Source of the DNA: an uncultured Gemmatimonadales bacterium
GTDB taxonomy: Bacteria > Gemmatimonadota > Gemmatimonadetes > Gemmatimonadales > GWC2-71-9
NCBI GenBank assembly: GCA_963779755.1
Contig: CAVZZO010000001.1
Span: 384,001 to 448,000, forward strand
Direction: 5' to 3'
DNA length: 64,000 nucleotides
Of this stretch, positions 10,971 to 20,476 are shown piece after piece. A program made the position numbers and the translations under genes. Every line of letters starts with the position of its first letter. Position 1 is the first letter of the stretch. The notes under the pieces were generated by a model. That model made no database searches, was not told where the DNA came from, and was given only the letters and a program-made list of their open reading frames with translations.

Positions 10971-11687
10971 CTAGGGATTGGTGGGGCGCAGGTCGATCTC
11001 GCTGACCAGCACACGTTCCGGTTGCTGCAAGGCGCACAGGGTGGCCTGCGCGACGTCCTCCGGCCGGAGAATCTTGTCGAAATCGGGCTTGAGCACGCCC
11101 TGGTTCTTCATGAGGGCGGTGTTGACCGAGCCGGGAAGAATGGTGATGACCCGGACGTTGTCCTTGCGTACTTCCATCATCAGCGCCCGGCTGAACCCGA
11201 GGACGGCGTGCTTGCTGGCGACGTACGCGGTGCCGCCCGCGAAGCCGTTGCGGGCGGCGAGGCTGGCGATGTTGACGATGGAGCCCGACTTCCGCTTGCG
11301 CATGCCGGGCAGGACTTCCCGGCTGAGCAGAAACATGCTGCGGATGTTGGTGGCCATGGTGGCATCCCACTCGGCGAGCGTGAGCTTCTCGATGGGCTTG
11401 AGGATGGCGGTGCCGGCGTTGTTGACCAGCGTGTCCACCGGGCCGAGTTTGTCGCTCACGTGGTGCACGATGGTGCGGGCGGAGGTCTCGATGCCCACGT
11501 CTCCCGGAACACCGGCGGCTTCGATCCCCTCTTCTTCCAGTGCGGCGACCAGCTGCTCCAGGCGCTCGGCGGTGCGGGCGCACACGCCGATGCGGTAGCC
11601 GGCCTGCCCCAGAGCAAACGCGATGGCGCGGCCGATGCCTTCGGTGGCGCCGGTGACCAGCGCGACGGACGCGGTAGGCTCGGACAT
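10971..11687 (-). CDS. Short-chain dehydrogenase/reductase
   Basis: TGATEGIG, NNAG and YVASK motifs; start MSEPTA. Confidence 0.9.
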   Translation of the reverse strand: MSEPTASVALVTGATEGIGRAIAFALGQAGYRIGVCARTAERLEQLVAALEEEGIEAAGVPGDVGIETSARTIVHHVSDKLGPVDTLVNNAGTAILKPIEKLTLAEWDATMATNIRSMFLLSREVLPGMRKRKSGSIVNIASLAARNGFAGGTAYVASKHAVLGFSRALMMEVRKDNVRVITILPGSVNTALMKNQGVLKPDFDKILRPEDVAQATLCALQQPERVLVSEIDLRPTNP

Positions 11688-11752
11688 GGCGATGTAATGT
11701 AACGCGGCGGGCGGGCGGCCGACTACCGCAGCCGCCCGGTTAGCTTTGGTCG

Positions 11753-13639
11753 ATGGCCGCACCGCACTTCGTGCCTCCCTCGCGACGGCCTGGCGCCGCC
11801 GCGGCTCCCGACCGGAGCTGGCGGGAACAACTCCGGGCGCTGCGCCACGTCCCCCGGCTCTTCGGCATGGTCTGGCGCACCCACCGCAGCTACACGGTGT
11901 CCATAGCGTGCCTGCGGGTGGCTCGCGCCCTGGTGCCTCTCGTGGTGCTGTGGATCGGGAAACTCATCATCGATGATGTCGTATCGCTGAGCGACGCCTG
12001 GCGGTCCGGAGCGCCGATCGTCTGGCGGCCGCTGGTGATACTGGTCGCCGCCGAGCTGGTGGTGGCGGTGGTGGGAGAGGGGCTGGCCCGGCTCTCCTCG
12101 CTGCTCGAGAGCCTGCTGGGAGACCTCTTCGCCAACCGGACGAGCATCGCGCTGATGGAGCACGCGGCCACCCTCGATCTGGAGCAGTTCGAGGATGCCG
12201 ACACCTACGACCGGCTGGAACGGGCCCGGCGGCAGACCGTCGGCCGGATCGCGCTCTTCACCCAGCTGCTCTCATCTCTGCAGGACCTGATCACGCTGGT
12301 GACCCTGGCGGCCGCGCTGGTGGTCTACGTCCCCTGGCTGCTGGTGCTGCTGGCCGTTTCTGTCCTGCCCAGCTTCCTGGGGGAGAGCCACTACGCGTCC
12401 CTGGGGTATTCGCTCCTGTATTCCTGGACCCCGCAGCGACGGCTGCTGGACTACCTGCGCTACCTCGGCGCAAGCGACATCTCGGCCAAGGAGGTCAAGC
12501 TCTTCGGCCTGTCGGATTTTCTGGTGGGCCGCTATGCCCGGCTCTCGGACGAGTTCTACCTGGCCAACAAGCGGCTGGCCGTCCGCCGCAGCCTGGTCTC
12601 GGGCCTGCTCGCGGTGCTGGGAACGCTGGGCTATTACTCCGCCTACGGCGTTATCATCTATCTGACCGTCACGCATTACCGCTCGCCCGGCGGCGTCTTC
12701 ACCCTGGGTGTCCTCACCTTCCTGGCCGGCTCCTTCCGGCAGAGTCGCGATCTGATCCAGCGGGTCCTGCTCAGCCTCTCGCAGATCTACGAGCAGAGCC
12801 TCTACCTCGACGACCTCTTCAGCTTCTTCACTCTCCAGCCCCGGATCGAGTCGCGGGCGGCGGCGCCGCCGGTGCCGGTCCCCATTCGTGAGGGGTTCGT
12901 CTTCGAGGATGTCGGATTCCGCTACCCGGAGTCCGAGCGCTGGGCGGTGCGCCACCTGAGCTTCCGGCTGGTGCCGGAACAGCGCATCGCGCTGGTGGGC
13001 GAGAACGGTGCGGGCAAGACCACGCTGGTGAAGCTGCTGGGACGGCTCTACGACCCGTCCGAGGGACGTATCCTGCTCGACGGCGTGGATCTGCGGGAGT
13101 ACGACGTGGACAGCCTGCGCCGCAATATCGGCGTGATCTTCCAGGACTTCGTGCGCTACGATCTGGCCCTGCGCGAGAACATCGCGGTCGGCAGCATCCA
13201 CGACCTGGACAACGAGCCCGCGATCGAGGCCGCCGCCTCGCGCAGCCTGGCCGACCAGGTCGCCTCCCGGGTGCCGGAGGGATATGCCCAGATGCTGGGA
13301 CGGCGCTTCGAAGGCGGGGTGCAGCTCTCGGGCGGCGAATGGCAGAAGGTGGCGCTGGCCCGCGCCTACCTGCGCGATGCCCAGGTGCTCATCCTGGACG
13401 AGCCGACTGCCGCGCTGGACGCCCGGGCGGAATACGAGGTCTTCCTGCGCTTCAGCGAGCTGACCGCCGGGCGCATGGCGGTGCTCATTTCCCACCGATT
13501 CTCCACCGTCCGCATGGCGGACTGGATCCTGGTGCTGCAGGAGGGGCAGCTGGTGGAGGAGGGGACGCACGAGCAGCTGGTGACGCAGGGCGGGTTGTAT
13601 GCGGAGCTGTTTCAGCTCCAGGCGCGGGGGTATCGATAG
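11753..13639 (+). CDS. ABC exporter, fused permease/ATPase
   Basis: TM domain, GENGAGKT, LSGGEWQK, LDEPT. Confidence 0.92.
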   Translation: MAAPHFVPPSRRPGAAAAPDRSWREQLRALRHVPRLFGMVWRTHRSYTVSIACLRVARALVPLVVLWIGKLIIDDVVSLSDAWRSGAPIVWRPLVILVAAELVVAVVGEGLARLSSLLESLLGDLFANRTSIALMEHAATLDLEQFEDADTYDRLERARRQTVGRIALFTQLLSSLQDLITLVTLAAALVVYVPWLLVLLAVSVLPSFLGESHYASLGYSLLYSWTPQRRLLDYLRYLGASDISAKEVKLFGLSDFLVGRYARLSDEFYLANKRLAVRRSLVSGLLAVLGTLGYYSAYGVIIYLTVTHYRSPGGVFTLGVLTFLAGSFRQSRDLIQRVLLSLSQIYEQSLYLDDLFSFFTLQPRIESRAAAPPVPVPIREGFVFEDVGFRYPESERWAVRHLSFRLVPEQRIALVGENGAGKTTLVKLLGRLYDPSEGRILLDGVDLREYDVDSLRRNIGVIFQDFVRYDLALRENIAVGSIHDLDNEPAIEAAASRSLADQVASRVPEGYAQMLGRRFEGGVQLSGGEWQKVALARAYLRDAQVLILDEPTAALDARAEYEVFLRFSELTAGRMAVLISHRFSTVRMADWILVLQEGQLVEEGTHEQLVTQGGLYAELFQLQARGYR

Positions 13640-13728
13640 GAGGGACCCAGGAATCAGGAGTCAGGGACCAGGGACCAGGAGTCAGGAATCAGGAATCAGG
13701 AATCAGGAGTCAGGAGTCAGGGGGTCAC
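13640..13728. repeat. Tandem heptamer array AGG(A/G)(A/G)(T/C)C (CAGGAAT/CAGGAGT/CAGGGAC)
   Basis: About 11 imperfect units read directly; same family at 17013-17045, 19426-19462, 34300-34365 and 34555-34620. Confidence 0.9.
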
Positions 13729-13780
13729 GGTGAGGGGACGGGGGCGCTTCAGATTGCTCCTACCCGGTCAGGAGATCATC

Positions 13781-14293
13781 ATGCGCTGGTTGCCCGTCTT
13801 TCTGCTCTCGGCGGCTCTGCTCGCTCCGCTACCCCTGCCGGCCCAGCTCACGCCCTCGGCGGCAACGGCATCCCCCCTCTTTCAGCCGGCCGTCGGGAGA
13901 AATCCGGGCCCGGAGCGGCCGGAGTCGCGCAGCGGCTCCACCCTCGTCTTTGCCGGCGTCACCGGGATGGCCGTCGGCTTCGCGGCCGGGGCGGTGGTCG
14001 GTGTGGGTGTGGCAGGGTGTTCGGACACAGGAGAGGGATACTGCAGCCTGGGGGCGGGTGCATTCGGGGGCCTGGCGGGAGCGACAATCGGAATTCCCCT
14101 GGCCGTGCACCTGGTGAACCACCGGCGAGGGTCGCTATCTCAGGAAGTCGCGTTCTCCAGTGGCCTGTTCCTGGCCGGACTCGCGTTCACGGCCGCCACC
14201 GATGAGGCGGTGGTCCTGCTGATGATACCCCTGGCCCAAATTGCGGGGAGTATATGGATGGAGTCGAAGGGCACGGAACCGGGCGAGAGGTGA
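13781..14293 (+). CDS. Hypothetical exported/membrane protein with Gly-rich helices
   Basis: GGAG SD, signal peptide MRWLPVFLLSAALLA, hydrophobic Gly-rich segments. Confidence 0.65.
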   Translation: MRWLPVFLLSAALLAPLPLPAQLTPSAATASPLFQPAVGRNPGPERPESRSGSTLVFAGVTGMAVGFAAGAVVGVGVAGCSDTGEGYCSLGAGAFGGLAGATIGIPLAVHLVNHRRGSLSQEVAFSSGLFLAGLAFTAATDEAVVLLMIPLAQIAGSIWMESKGTEPGER

Positions 14294-14327
14294 GCGGCGG
14301 GCGGGCCCACACCTTACCCCTCACGCC

Positions 14328-14675
14328 TTACCTGTTACGCCTTACCTCCAGGCCTCCGCGGCGGTCGGTCTCCTCCGCCTTCCTGAGGTATAACGCGCAG
14401 CGGTAGGCCAGTTTACGGATGCGAATGGCGTCGCCCGGGGAGAGCCAGCCCTGGCCTTCGCCCACCGTGACCAGCCGGTGCAGGGCGCCGAACGCGTAGC
14501 GGCGGCGGCCGTCCCGGAGACGGGCCCGGACCCGGCGGAGCAGTCTCCGGGGCCGGGAACGGGGGAGGCGGGCGAGCAGATCGTCCAGTGCTTCCCGGAG
14601 GGCCTGGAAGTAGCCGGGGAGAATGGCATCGGCGACAAAGCGCATGCCGTCAGGATAGGTCTCAGCCGTGGCCAC
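14328..14675 (-). CDS. Hypothetical helical protein
   Basis: GTG start after AAGGG; amphipathic helices; 3' end runs into a CCTTACG-type heptamer array. Confidence 0.45.
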   Translation of the reverse strand: MATAETYPDGMRFVADAILPGYFQALREALDDLLARLPRSRPRRLLRRVRARLRDGRRRYAFGALHRLVTVGEGQGWLSPGDAIRIRKLAYRCALYLRKAEETDRRGGLEVRRNR

Positions 14676-14794
14676 GTCGTAACCCTTTTCATGCCTTGGT
14701 GATCCTGCGCACGCAGCGCCCTGGCGGCGCCGGTGAGTGGTGTCTCAGGATGGCACGGCCCCGGCGGGGCGTCGGTGAGAGGGGTCACGCAGGG

Positions 14795-14903
14795 CGGCAG
14801 GATGGCCCTAAAGGACTTCCTCGCGGCTTTCTATTGGAGGCCGCTCGGTCGCAGGACGGCAGGACGGCAGGACGGCAAGACGGCAAGACGGCAAGACGGC
14901 AGG
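14795..14903 (+). repeat. Dispersed repeat copy 1: 60-bp core within GGCA(A/G)GAC octamer arrays
   Basis: 14804-14863 matches 43890-43949 with one mismatch. Confidence 0.9.
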
Positions 14904-14967
14904 GCGTTTGACAATCCCGAGACCTCCCGGCCAAGTTCCATACCCCATTCTCCCGAGGAGGTGAGCC

Positions 14968-17010
14968 ATGAACGTCTATGGCTCGGAGGCCATCCGGAAC
15001 GTCGCCTTTGTGGGGCACGGCGGTTCCGGGAAGACCTCCCTGGTAGACGCACTGGCGTTCGTGTCCGGCAGCAGCCGGCGCCATGGCTCGGTGAAGGACG
15101 GTACCTCGCTCACCGACTACACTCCCGACGAAATCCAGCACCAGCACTCCATCAGCCTCGGCCTCGCCTATGCCGAGTGGATGGACACCAAGATCAACCT
15201 GATCGATACGCCCGGGTATCTCGATTTCTTCGGCGATACCGTGGCGGGTTTGTATACCGCCGACGCGGCGGTGGTGGTGCTGGGCGGCGTCAGCGGCGTC
15301 GAGGTCGGGACCGAGAAGGTCTGGGAGGTGTGCGATACGCTGCACCTGCCGCGGATCCTGTTCGTCTCGCAGATGGACAAGGAAAACGCCGAGTTCGAGC
15401 GGGTGTTCGCCAACATCAAGGAGCACCTGAGCCCCAAGGTCGTGCCGGTGGAGATCCCGGTGGGCAACGGCCCGGATTTCCACGGCATCATCAACCTGTT
15501 TTCCGGGAAGTGCCATGTCTACAAGCAGGGCACCAAGGCCGGCGAATACGAGGAGCAGGACATTCCCTCCGAACAGCAGCAGCGTTACGAGCAGTACTCG
15601 CTCGAGTTGACCGAGACGGTGGCCTCCACCGACGACGACCTGCTGGAGCGCTATCTGGGTGGCGAGACCATCTCCCGCGAGGAGGTGATCGGCGCCATGA
15701 AGAAGGCGATGCTCTCGGGGGAGATCGTTCCGCTCTTCTGCGGCAGCGCGGAGCTGACCTACGGCGTGCGGGCGCTGCTCACCAAGATCGTGGAACTGCT
15801 GCCCTCACCCGCCGAGATCAAACCGCCGGTGGATGCGCCCCTGTCGGGCCACGTCTTCAAGGTGGTCTCGGAGCCCCACGTGGGCGACATCTCCTTTTTC
15901 CGCATCTACACCGGCTCGATCAGGAGTGGCGACGAGGTGTGGAACGCCGAGCACAACGTGGCCGAGAAGCTGAACCACCTGTCGATTCAGCAGGGCAAGG
16001 AACGGCTGGAGGTGCCGCAGCTCAATCGCGGCGATATCGGTTCGGTGGCGAAGCTCAAGGATACCCACACCAACGACACCTTCTGCCGGCAGGATTCGCC
16101 GGTGCACCTGCCGGAGATCCCCTACCCGGAAGCGGTGGCGACCAGCGCCGTGGTGGTCCGCAAGCGGGGCGAAGAGGACAAGCTGGCGGCCGGGCTGCAC
16201 AAGCTGCATGAAGAAGACCCGACGTTCCACTTCGAGTACAGCAGCGAGCTGGGCCAGACGCTGATCCACGGGCTGGGCGAGAAGCATTTCGAGATCATTC
16301 TGGAGCGGCTGGCCCGGAAGTTCGGGGTCCATGCCGAGCTGGTCCGCCCCCGGGTGGCGTACCGGGAGACCATCAAGGCGAAGGCCGAGGGCCAGGGGAA
16401 ACACAAGAAGCAGACCGGCGGCCGGGGCCAGTACGGCGACTGCTGGATCCGCCTGGCACCCCAGCCCCGGGGCGCCGGTTACGAGTTCGCGGACAAGATC
16501 GTGGGTGGGGTGATTCCGGGGAAATACGTGCCGGCGGTGGACCGGGGAATTCAGGAGTCGGCGGAGCGCGGCGTGGTGGCGGGATATCCGATGGTGGATT
16601 TCAGGGCCGAGTGCTTCGACGGCTCCTACCACGACGTGGACTCAAACGAAATGTCCTTCAAGATGGCCGGGATCCTGGCCTTCCGGAACGTCGCTCCCAA
16701 GTGCAAGCCGATCCTGCTCGAGCCCCTGCGGGACCTCGAAGTCTGGACGCCGGACGACACGCTGGGCGACGTCATGGGCGACCTGAGCTCGCGCCGGGGT
16801 CAGATCCTCGGCACCGAGAAGGACGGCCGGCTGACCAAGGTCCGGGCCATCGTGCCCGAGTCCGAGCTGTACAAGTACTCCACCACGCTGCATTCGATCA
16901 CCCATGGGCGCGGGACGCACTGGGAGAAGTTCCACGGGTACGTGGAGGCTCCGGCCGATGTCGCCGCCAAGGTGGCGGCGGAAAACGAGGAGCAGAAAGA
17001 GGCGTCGTAA
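14968..17010 (+). CDS. fusA: Elongation factor G-like protein (EF-G2 / non-canonical paralog)
   Basis: GHGGSGKT, DTPGY, KQTGGRGQYG, GSYHDVDS and LLEP motifs; GAGGAGG SD. Confidence 0.9.
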   Translation: MNVYGSEAIRNVAFVGHGGSGKTSLVDALAFVSGSSRRHGSVKDGTSLTDYTPDEIQHQHSISLGLAYAEWMDTKINLIDTPGYLDFFGDTVAGLYTADAAVVVLGGVSGVEVGTEKVWEVCDTLHLPRILFVSQMDKENAEFERVFANIKEHLSPKVVPVEIPVGNGPDFHGIINLFSGKCHVYKQGTKAGEYEEQDIPSEQQQRYEQYSLELTETVASTDDDLLERYLGGETISREEVIGAMKKAMLSGEIVPLFCGSAELTYGVRALLTKIVELLPSPAEIKPPVDAPLSGHVFKVVSEPHVGDISFFRIYTGSIRSGDEVWNAEHNVAEKLNHLSIQQGKERLEVPQLNRGDIGSVAKLKDTHTNDTFCRQDSPVHLPEIPYPEAVATSAVVVRKRGEEDKLAAGLHKLHEEDPTFHFEYSSELGQTLIHGLGEKHFEIILERLARKFGVHAELVRPRVAYRETIKAKAEGQGKHKKQTGGRGQYGDCWIRLAPQPRGAGYEFADKIVGGVIPGKYVPAVDRGIQESAERGVVAGYPMVDFRAECFDGSYHDVDSNEMSFKMAGILAFRNVAPKCKPILLEPLRDLEVWTPDDTLGDVMGDLSSRRGQILGTEKDGRLTKVRAIVPESELYKYSTTLHSITHGRGTHWEKFHGYVEAPADVAAKVAAENEEQKEAS

Positions 17011-17044
17011 CGGCAGGGATCAGGAACCAGGAATCGGGAATCAG

Positions 17045-17088
17045 GGGGCGAGGCAGGGGCGAGACATGCCTCGCCCCTGCCTCGCCCC
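17045..17088. repeat. REP-like perfect 19-bp-stem palindrome
   Basis: GGGGCGAGGCAGGGGCGAG-ACATGC-CTCGCCCCTGCCTCGCCCC between convergent genes. Confidence 0.8.
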
Positions 17089-17110
17089 TGCGCCGTCGGT
17101 TCCTGGTCCC

Positions 17111-17203
17111 TTACTCCCCGGTCCAGTTCTGTTCCAGCTCCTCCAGTCTTGTCGTGGCCCCCGAGGCTGATGAACATCTGCCGCGCTTCCTGGTAGCGCT
17201 GGG
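17111..17203 (-). pseudogene. Frameshifted 3' remnant of a homolog of the TPR gene at 19470-20474
   Basis: Reads QRYQEARQMFISLG(+1)ATTRLEELEQNWTGE* versus QRYQEARQMFISLGATTRLEELERNWTGK*. Confidence 0.85.
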
Positions 17204-17217
17204 TGGCGACGGCTGCG

Positions 17218-18093
17218 CTAGGGTTTCACCGCCGGGCCCCAGACCGGGCGTAGGTTTACAGCGCTGTCCGCGATGATCCGAAAGCCGGTGCCGTCGGTTC
17301 GAATGGTAGCGATTGCGAGTATAGGGCCAGGAGAAGAGTACTCGAAGGCGAGCAGGTCGCCATCAGGCGCCCACGATGGATGGCCCACACCTAGCGAGTC
17401 TCCCCCATCGAAGACCATCCGGTCCCCGCTGCCATCCGGCCGAACGATCCGCAGCTGGGTCCCATCACCGACGTAGGCGATGAAGGCTCCATCGGGAGAA
17501 AAGGCCGGCCATGTTGCTTCCGTGACGGAATCGGTGGCCACCTGGTGGGGCATCGTCCCATCGGCATTCACGATCCAGAGCGCGTTGGGAGTCGACAGGT
17601 CGGAGGGCTGACGGGAATAGACCAGCATTGTCCCGTCACTCGACCAATTGCCCAGAACTTCTTCCTCTGCCGGCGTGGGTGTGATGTTCATCGGACTGGT
17701 TCCGTCGGCCTTCGCAATCCAGATATCCAACATATTGGTGTAGGCCAGCCATTTGCCGTCCGGCGACCACCGAGGCCACGTGCCACTGGCGATCACGTGC
17801 TGCAACCCGGTCCCGTCGGCGTTCACCACGTAGATCCCGTCGCGCACGAATGCCAGCCGATCCCCCGACGGGGCCACGTCGGGCTGCGCGAGCGGGGGCG
17901 GCAGCGCAATCGGGACCTGCTGCAGGCCCGACCCGTCGGGATTGATGGAGTAAAGCTGGGGCTGACCGCTGGTGGGGGACTGGCGGGTCGATGCAAAGAC
18001 GATCCTACCGGCCAGTGGCGGCCGTGGTGGGTTGGGCTCGGTACCGCAGGCGGCCAGCAGGGCGAGCAGGGCCAGAGGAGGGATCATACGCAT
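17218..18093 (-). CDS. TolB-like PD40 beta-propeller lipoprotein, copy A
   Basis: Lipobox LLAAC, repeated P.WSPDG; GGGAGG SD. Confidence 0.85.
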   Translation of the reverse strand: MRMIPPLALLALLAACGTEPNPPRPPLAGRIVFASTRQSPTSGQPQLYSINPDGSGLQQVPIALPPPLAQPDVAPSGDRLAFVRDGIYVVNADGTGLQHVIASGTWPRWSPDGKWLAYTNMLDIWIAKADGTSPMNITPTPAEEEVLGNWSSDGTMLVYSRQPSDLSTPNALWIVNADGTMPHQVATDSVTEATWPAFSPDGAFIAYVGDGTQLRIVRPDGSGDRMVFDGGDSLGVGHPSWAPDGDLLAFEYSSPGPILAIATIRTDGTGFRIIADSAVNLRPVWGPAVKP

Positions 18094-18201
18094 CTCAGCA
18101 CCCTCCCACCACGTCAGGCCCATGGGGCGCAGCGCTGCCCGGCTGGGCGTTCGTAACGAGATCACCCTCCCTCTAACGGATGGCGGCAACGCCGAGATCT
18201 T

Positions 18202-19077
18202 TCAGGGGCGCACCGCCGGACCCCACACAGGTTGAAGGTTGAAAGCGCTGTCCGCTATGATCTGGAGGTCCGTTCCGTCCACCCTTATAGTGGCGATTGC
18301 CAAACCGTAGCCGAATGCAAGCAGGCTGCCATCGGGGGACCAAGCGGGGTCATTCACCGTCGCAGTTCCCCCATCGAATATCAGCCGGTCACCGGTGCCA
18401 TCCGGCCGCACGATCCGGAGCTGGTATCCATCACCCGTGTAGGCGATAAGAGCTCCATCGGGAGAAAAGACCGGCGATCGTGCCAGGTATGCCGAATCGC
18501 TGGCTACCCGGTGTGGCATCGTTCCGTCCGCATTCATGATCCAGATCTCGTCCGGTACTGACAGGTCCCCTGGACTTCGACCGAAGACCAGGTGGGTGCC
18601 GTCGGATGACCAGTTGCCCAGGCCGTCGCTCAATGTATCCGTTAAGGTGAGATTTACCGGGTTGCTCCCGTCGGCGTTCGCGACCCAGATGTCGGACTTC
18701 CCTCCTGAATCTGGCGCGATATAGGCCAGTCGTTTGCCATCCGGCGACCAATGGGGTCGCGCTACCGGGCCGGGAATTGGGTGCTGCAGCCCCGTCCCGG
18801 CGGCGTTCACCACGTAAATCCCGTCGCGCACGAAGGCCAGCCGGTCCCCCGAGGGGGCCACGTCGGGCTGGCCCAGCGACGGCGGGAGGGATATCGGTAT
18901 CTGCTGTACGTCCGACCCGTCGGGGTTCATCGAATAGAGTTGGGACCTCCCGCTGGTGGGGGACTGCCGGGTGGAGGCAAAGACGATCTTGCCGGCCAGC
19001 GGGGGCGGCGGTGGGTTGGGCTCGGTACCGCAGGCGGCCAGCAGGGCGAGCAGGGCCAGAGAAGGGATCAAACGCAT
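18202..19077 (-). CDS. TolB-like PD40 beta-propeller lipoprotein, copy B (tandem paralog)
   Basis: Nearly the same N-terminus and upstream leader as copy A; same length. Confidence 0.85.
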   Translation of the reverse strand: MRLIPSLALLALLAACGTEPNPPPPPLAGKIVFASTRQSPTSGRSQLYSMNPDGSDVQQIPISLPPSLGQPDVAPSGDRLAFVRDGIYVVNAAGTGLQHPIPGPVARPHWSPDGKRLAYIAPDSGGKSDIWVANADGSNPVNLTLTDTLSDGLGNWSSDGTHLVFGRSPGDLSVPDEIWIMNADGTMPHRVASDSAYLARSPVFSPDGALIAYTGDGYQLRIVRPDGTGDRLIFDGGTATVNDPAWSPDGSLLAFGYGLAIATIRVDGTDLQIIADSAFNLQPVWGPAVRP

Positions 19078-19378
19078 CTCAGCACCCTCCCACAGCGTCC
19101 GGCTCATGGGGCGCAGCCGATTGCACGTTCGGCGCGAGGTCCCCCCCGCCGCCCCCGCCGCTACCGGTGCAGACCGGATAGAAGACTGTGTACGGCGTAC
19201 CGTTGGTGCTGTTGCTGCGTGGGGTCACCGTGACGGTGATCGTGTACGAGCCCGCCGGCACCTGGAGGTAGTAGGACCCGGTGCGGAACCCGGTGTCTTG
19301 TTTGATGCGACCTGACAATGATCGGCTGGATTCGGTGGATATATCGCGCGAAACGCCGGTCCGCAAGGTGGGCTGCTG

Positions 19379-19423
19379 GCCGAGGTGGCGGCGGAGAACG
19401 AGGAGCAGAAGGAAGCATCGTAA
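19379..19423 (+). pseudogene. Second copy of the fusA 3' end (VAAENEEQKEAS*)
   Basis: Matches 16966-17010 with mostly synonymous differences and the same downstream CGGCAGGGATCAGG. Confidence 0.85.
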
Positions 19424-19469
19424 CGGCAGGGATCAGGGATCAGGGAACAGGAACCAGGAATCTGGTCCC

Positions 19470-20474
19470 TTACTTCCCCGTCCAGTTCCGTTCCAGCTCT
19501 TCCAGCCTGGTCGTCGCTCCCAGCGAAATGAACATCTGCCGCGCTTCCTGGTAGCGCTGGGCCGCGAGGTCCTGCTTTCCCAAAGCGCTCAGCGCCTGGG
19601 CTGCCACGGCGGCTGCCTCGCCCCGCAGCAGCGCGCTGCGCAGATGCTCGGCGGTCTGCCGGGCCTCCTCGGCCTCCCGGGCAGCGCGCTCAGGATCGTC
19701 TTCCTTCAGCGCCAGTACCGCCCCCAGCCTCATGGCCTCGGCCCGACCCAGCTCGTCGCCGGCGTCGCGGGCGAGCCGGGAGGCCCGCTCCAGTTCGCGC
19801 CGGGCCAGCGCCAGCTCCCCGCGCTCGGTCTCGACCTCGACGCGCCCCATCAAGGCGAGCGCCAGGAGTGAAGGCTCTTCCAGCATGGTGGCGTGTCGAA
19901 TGGCCTGCTCGGCCGAATCCTCGGCATCGGCCAGCTCGCCGCGCTGTCGGAAGGCGATACCCAGGTTGTGATAGGCTTCCGCGGCGCCGCGCCGGTCGCC
20001 CAGCCTCAGGTGCGCGAGCAGGGCGGAGCGGCAGAGGCTCAGCGCCACTTCGGGCCGGCCGCGCAGGTCCGCCAGCATCGCCAGGTTGTTGCTGACTCGT
20101 GCCACCATGGGGCTGTCGTCCATCTCGCGCGCCAGCCGCAGCGCTTCATCCCAGTGGCTCTCGGCGTCCTGCAGGCGGCCCTGCTCCCAGGCGATCGCGC
20201 CCAGCAGGTTGATGGCACGCATGCGGCCGTCACCGTCGCCGCGGGAGCGGAACCGGTTGAGGGCGGCGGAGGCCAGCACCGCCGCCGTTTCCAGCCGTCC
20301 CAGCCGGGTAGCCGCGGTTGCCGCCAGGAGCTGCCCATCGGGCGGCTGCAACGCCTGATCAGACGCGGTCATGCCGTGCCATGCCTCCAGCGCCTCCTGG
20401 AACCGCCCACGCGCCAGGAGCTCCCGCAGGCTGCGGGAGGGATCGTTCTCGGCGGCGGAACGGGTGGTGACCAT
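19470..20474 (-). CDS. Tetratricopeptide repeat protein (MalT-like TPR)
   Basis: Repeated A..NLG...G...A TPR motifs. Confidence 0.85.
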   Translation of the reverse strand: MVTTRSAAENDPSRSLRELLARGRFQEALEAWHGMTASDQALQPPDGQLLAATAATRLGRLETAAVLASAALNRFRSRGDGDGRMRAINLLGAIAWEQGRLQDAESHWDEALRLAREMDDSPMVARVSNNLAMLADLRGRPEVALSLCRSALLAHLRLGDRRGAAEAYHNLGIAFRQRGELADAEDSAEQAIRHATMLEEPSLLALALMGRVEVETERGELALARRELERASRLARDAGDELGRAEAMRLGAVLALKEDDPERAAREAEEARQTAEHLRSALLRGEAAAVAAQALSALGKQDLAAQRYQEARQMFISLGATTRLEELERNWTGK

Positions 20475-20476
20475 GG

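Noticed and set aside
10738..11583. N-terminal extension of the 810-aa kinase ORF
   Set aside because: Overlaps the SDR and BFD genes in another frame and is Arg/Pro-rich noise; start 10737 is preferred.
13640..13728. Heptamer and octamer arrays as a CRISPR array
   Set aside because: Units are 7-9 nt and contiguous, with no unique spacers and no cas genes.
18094..18201. Integron attC site between the TolB paralogs
   Set aside because: A GTTAGAG is present, but no matching RYYYAAC or convincing attC stem, and no integrase.
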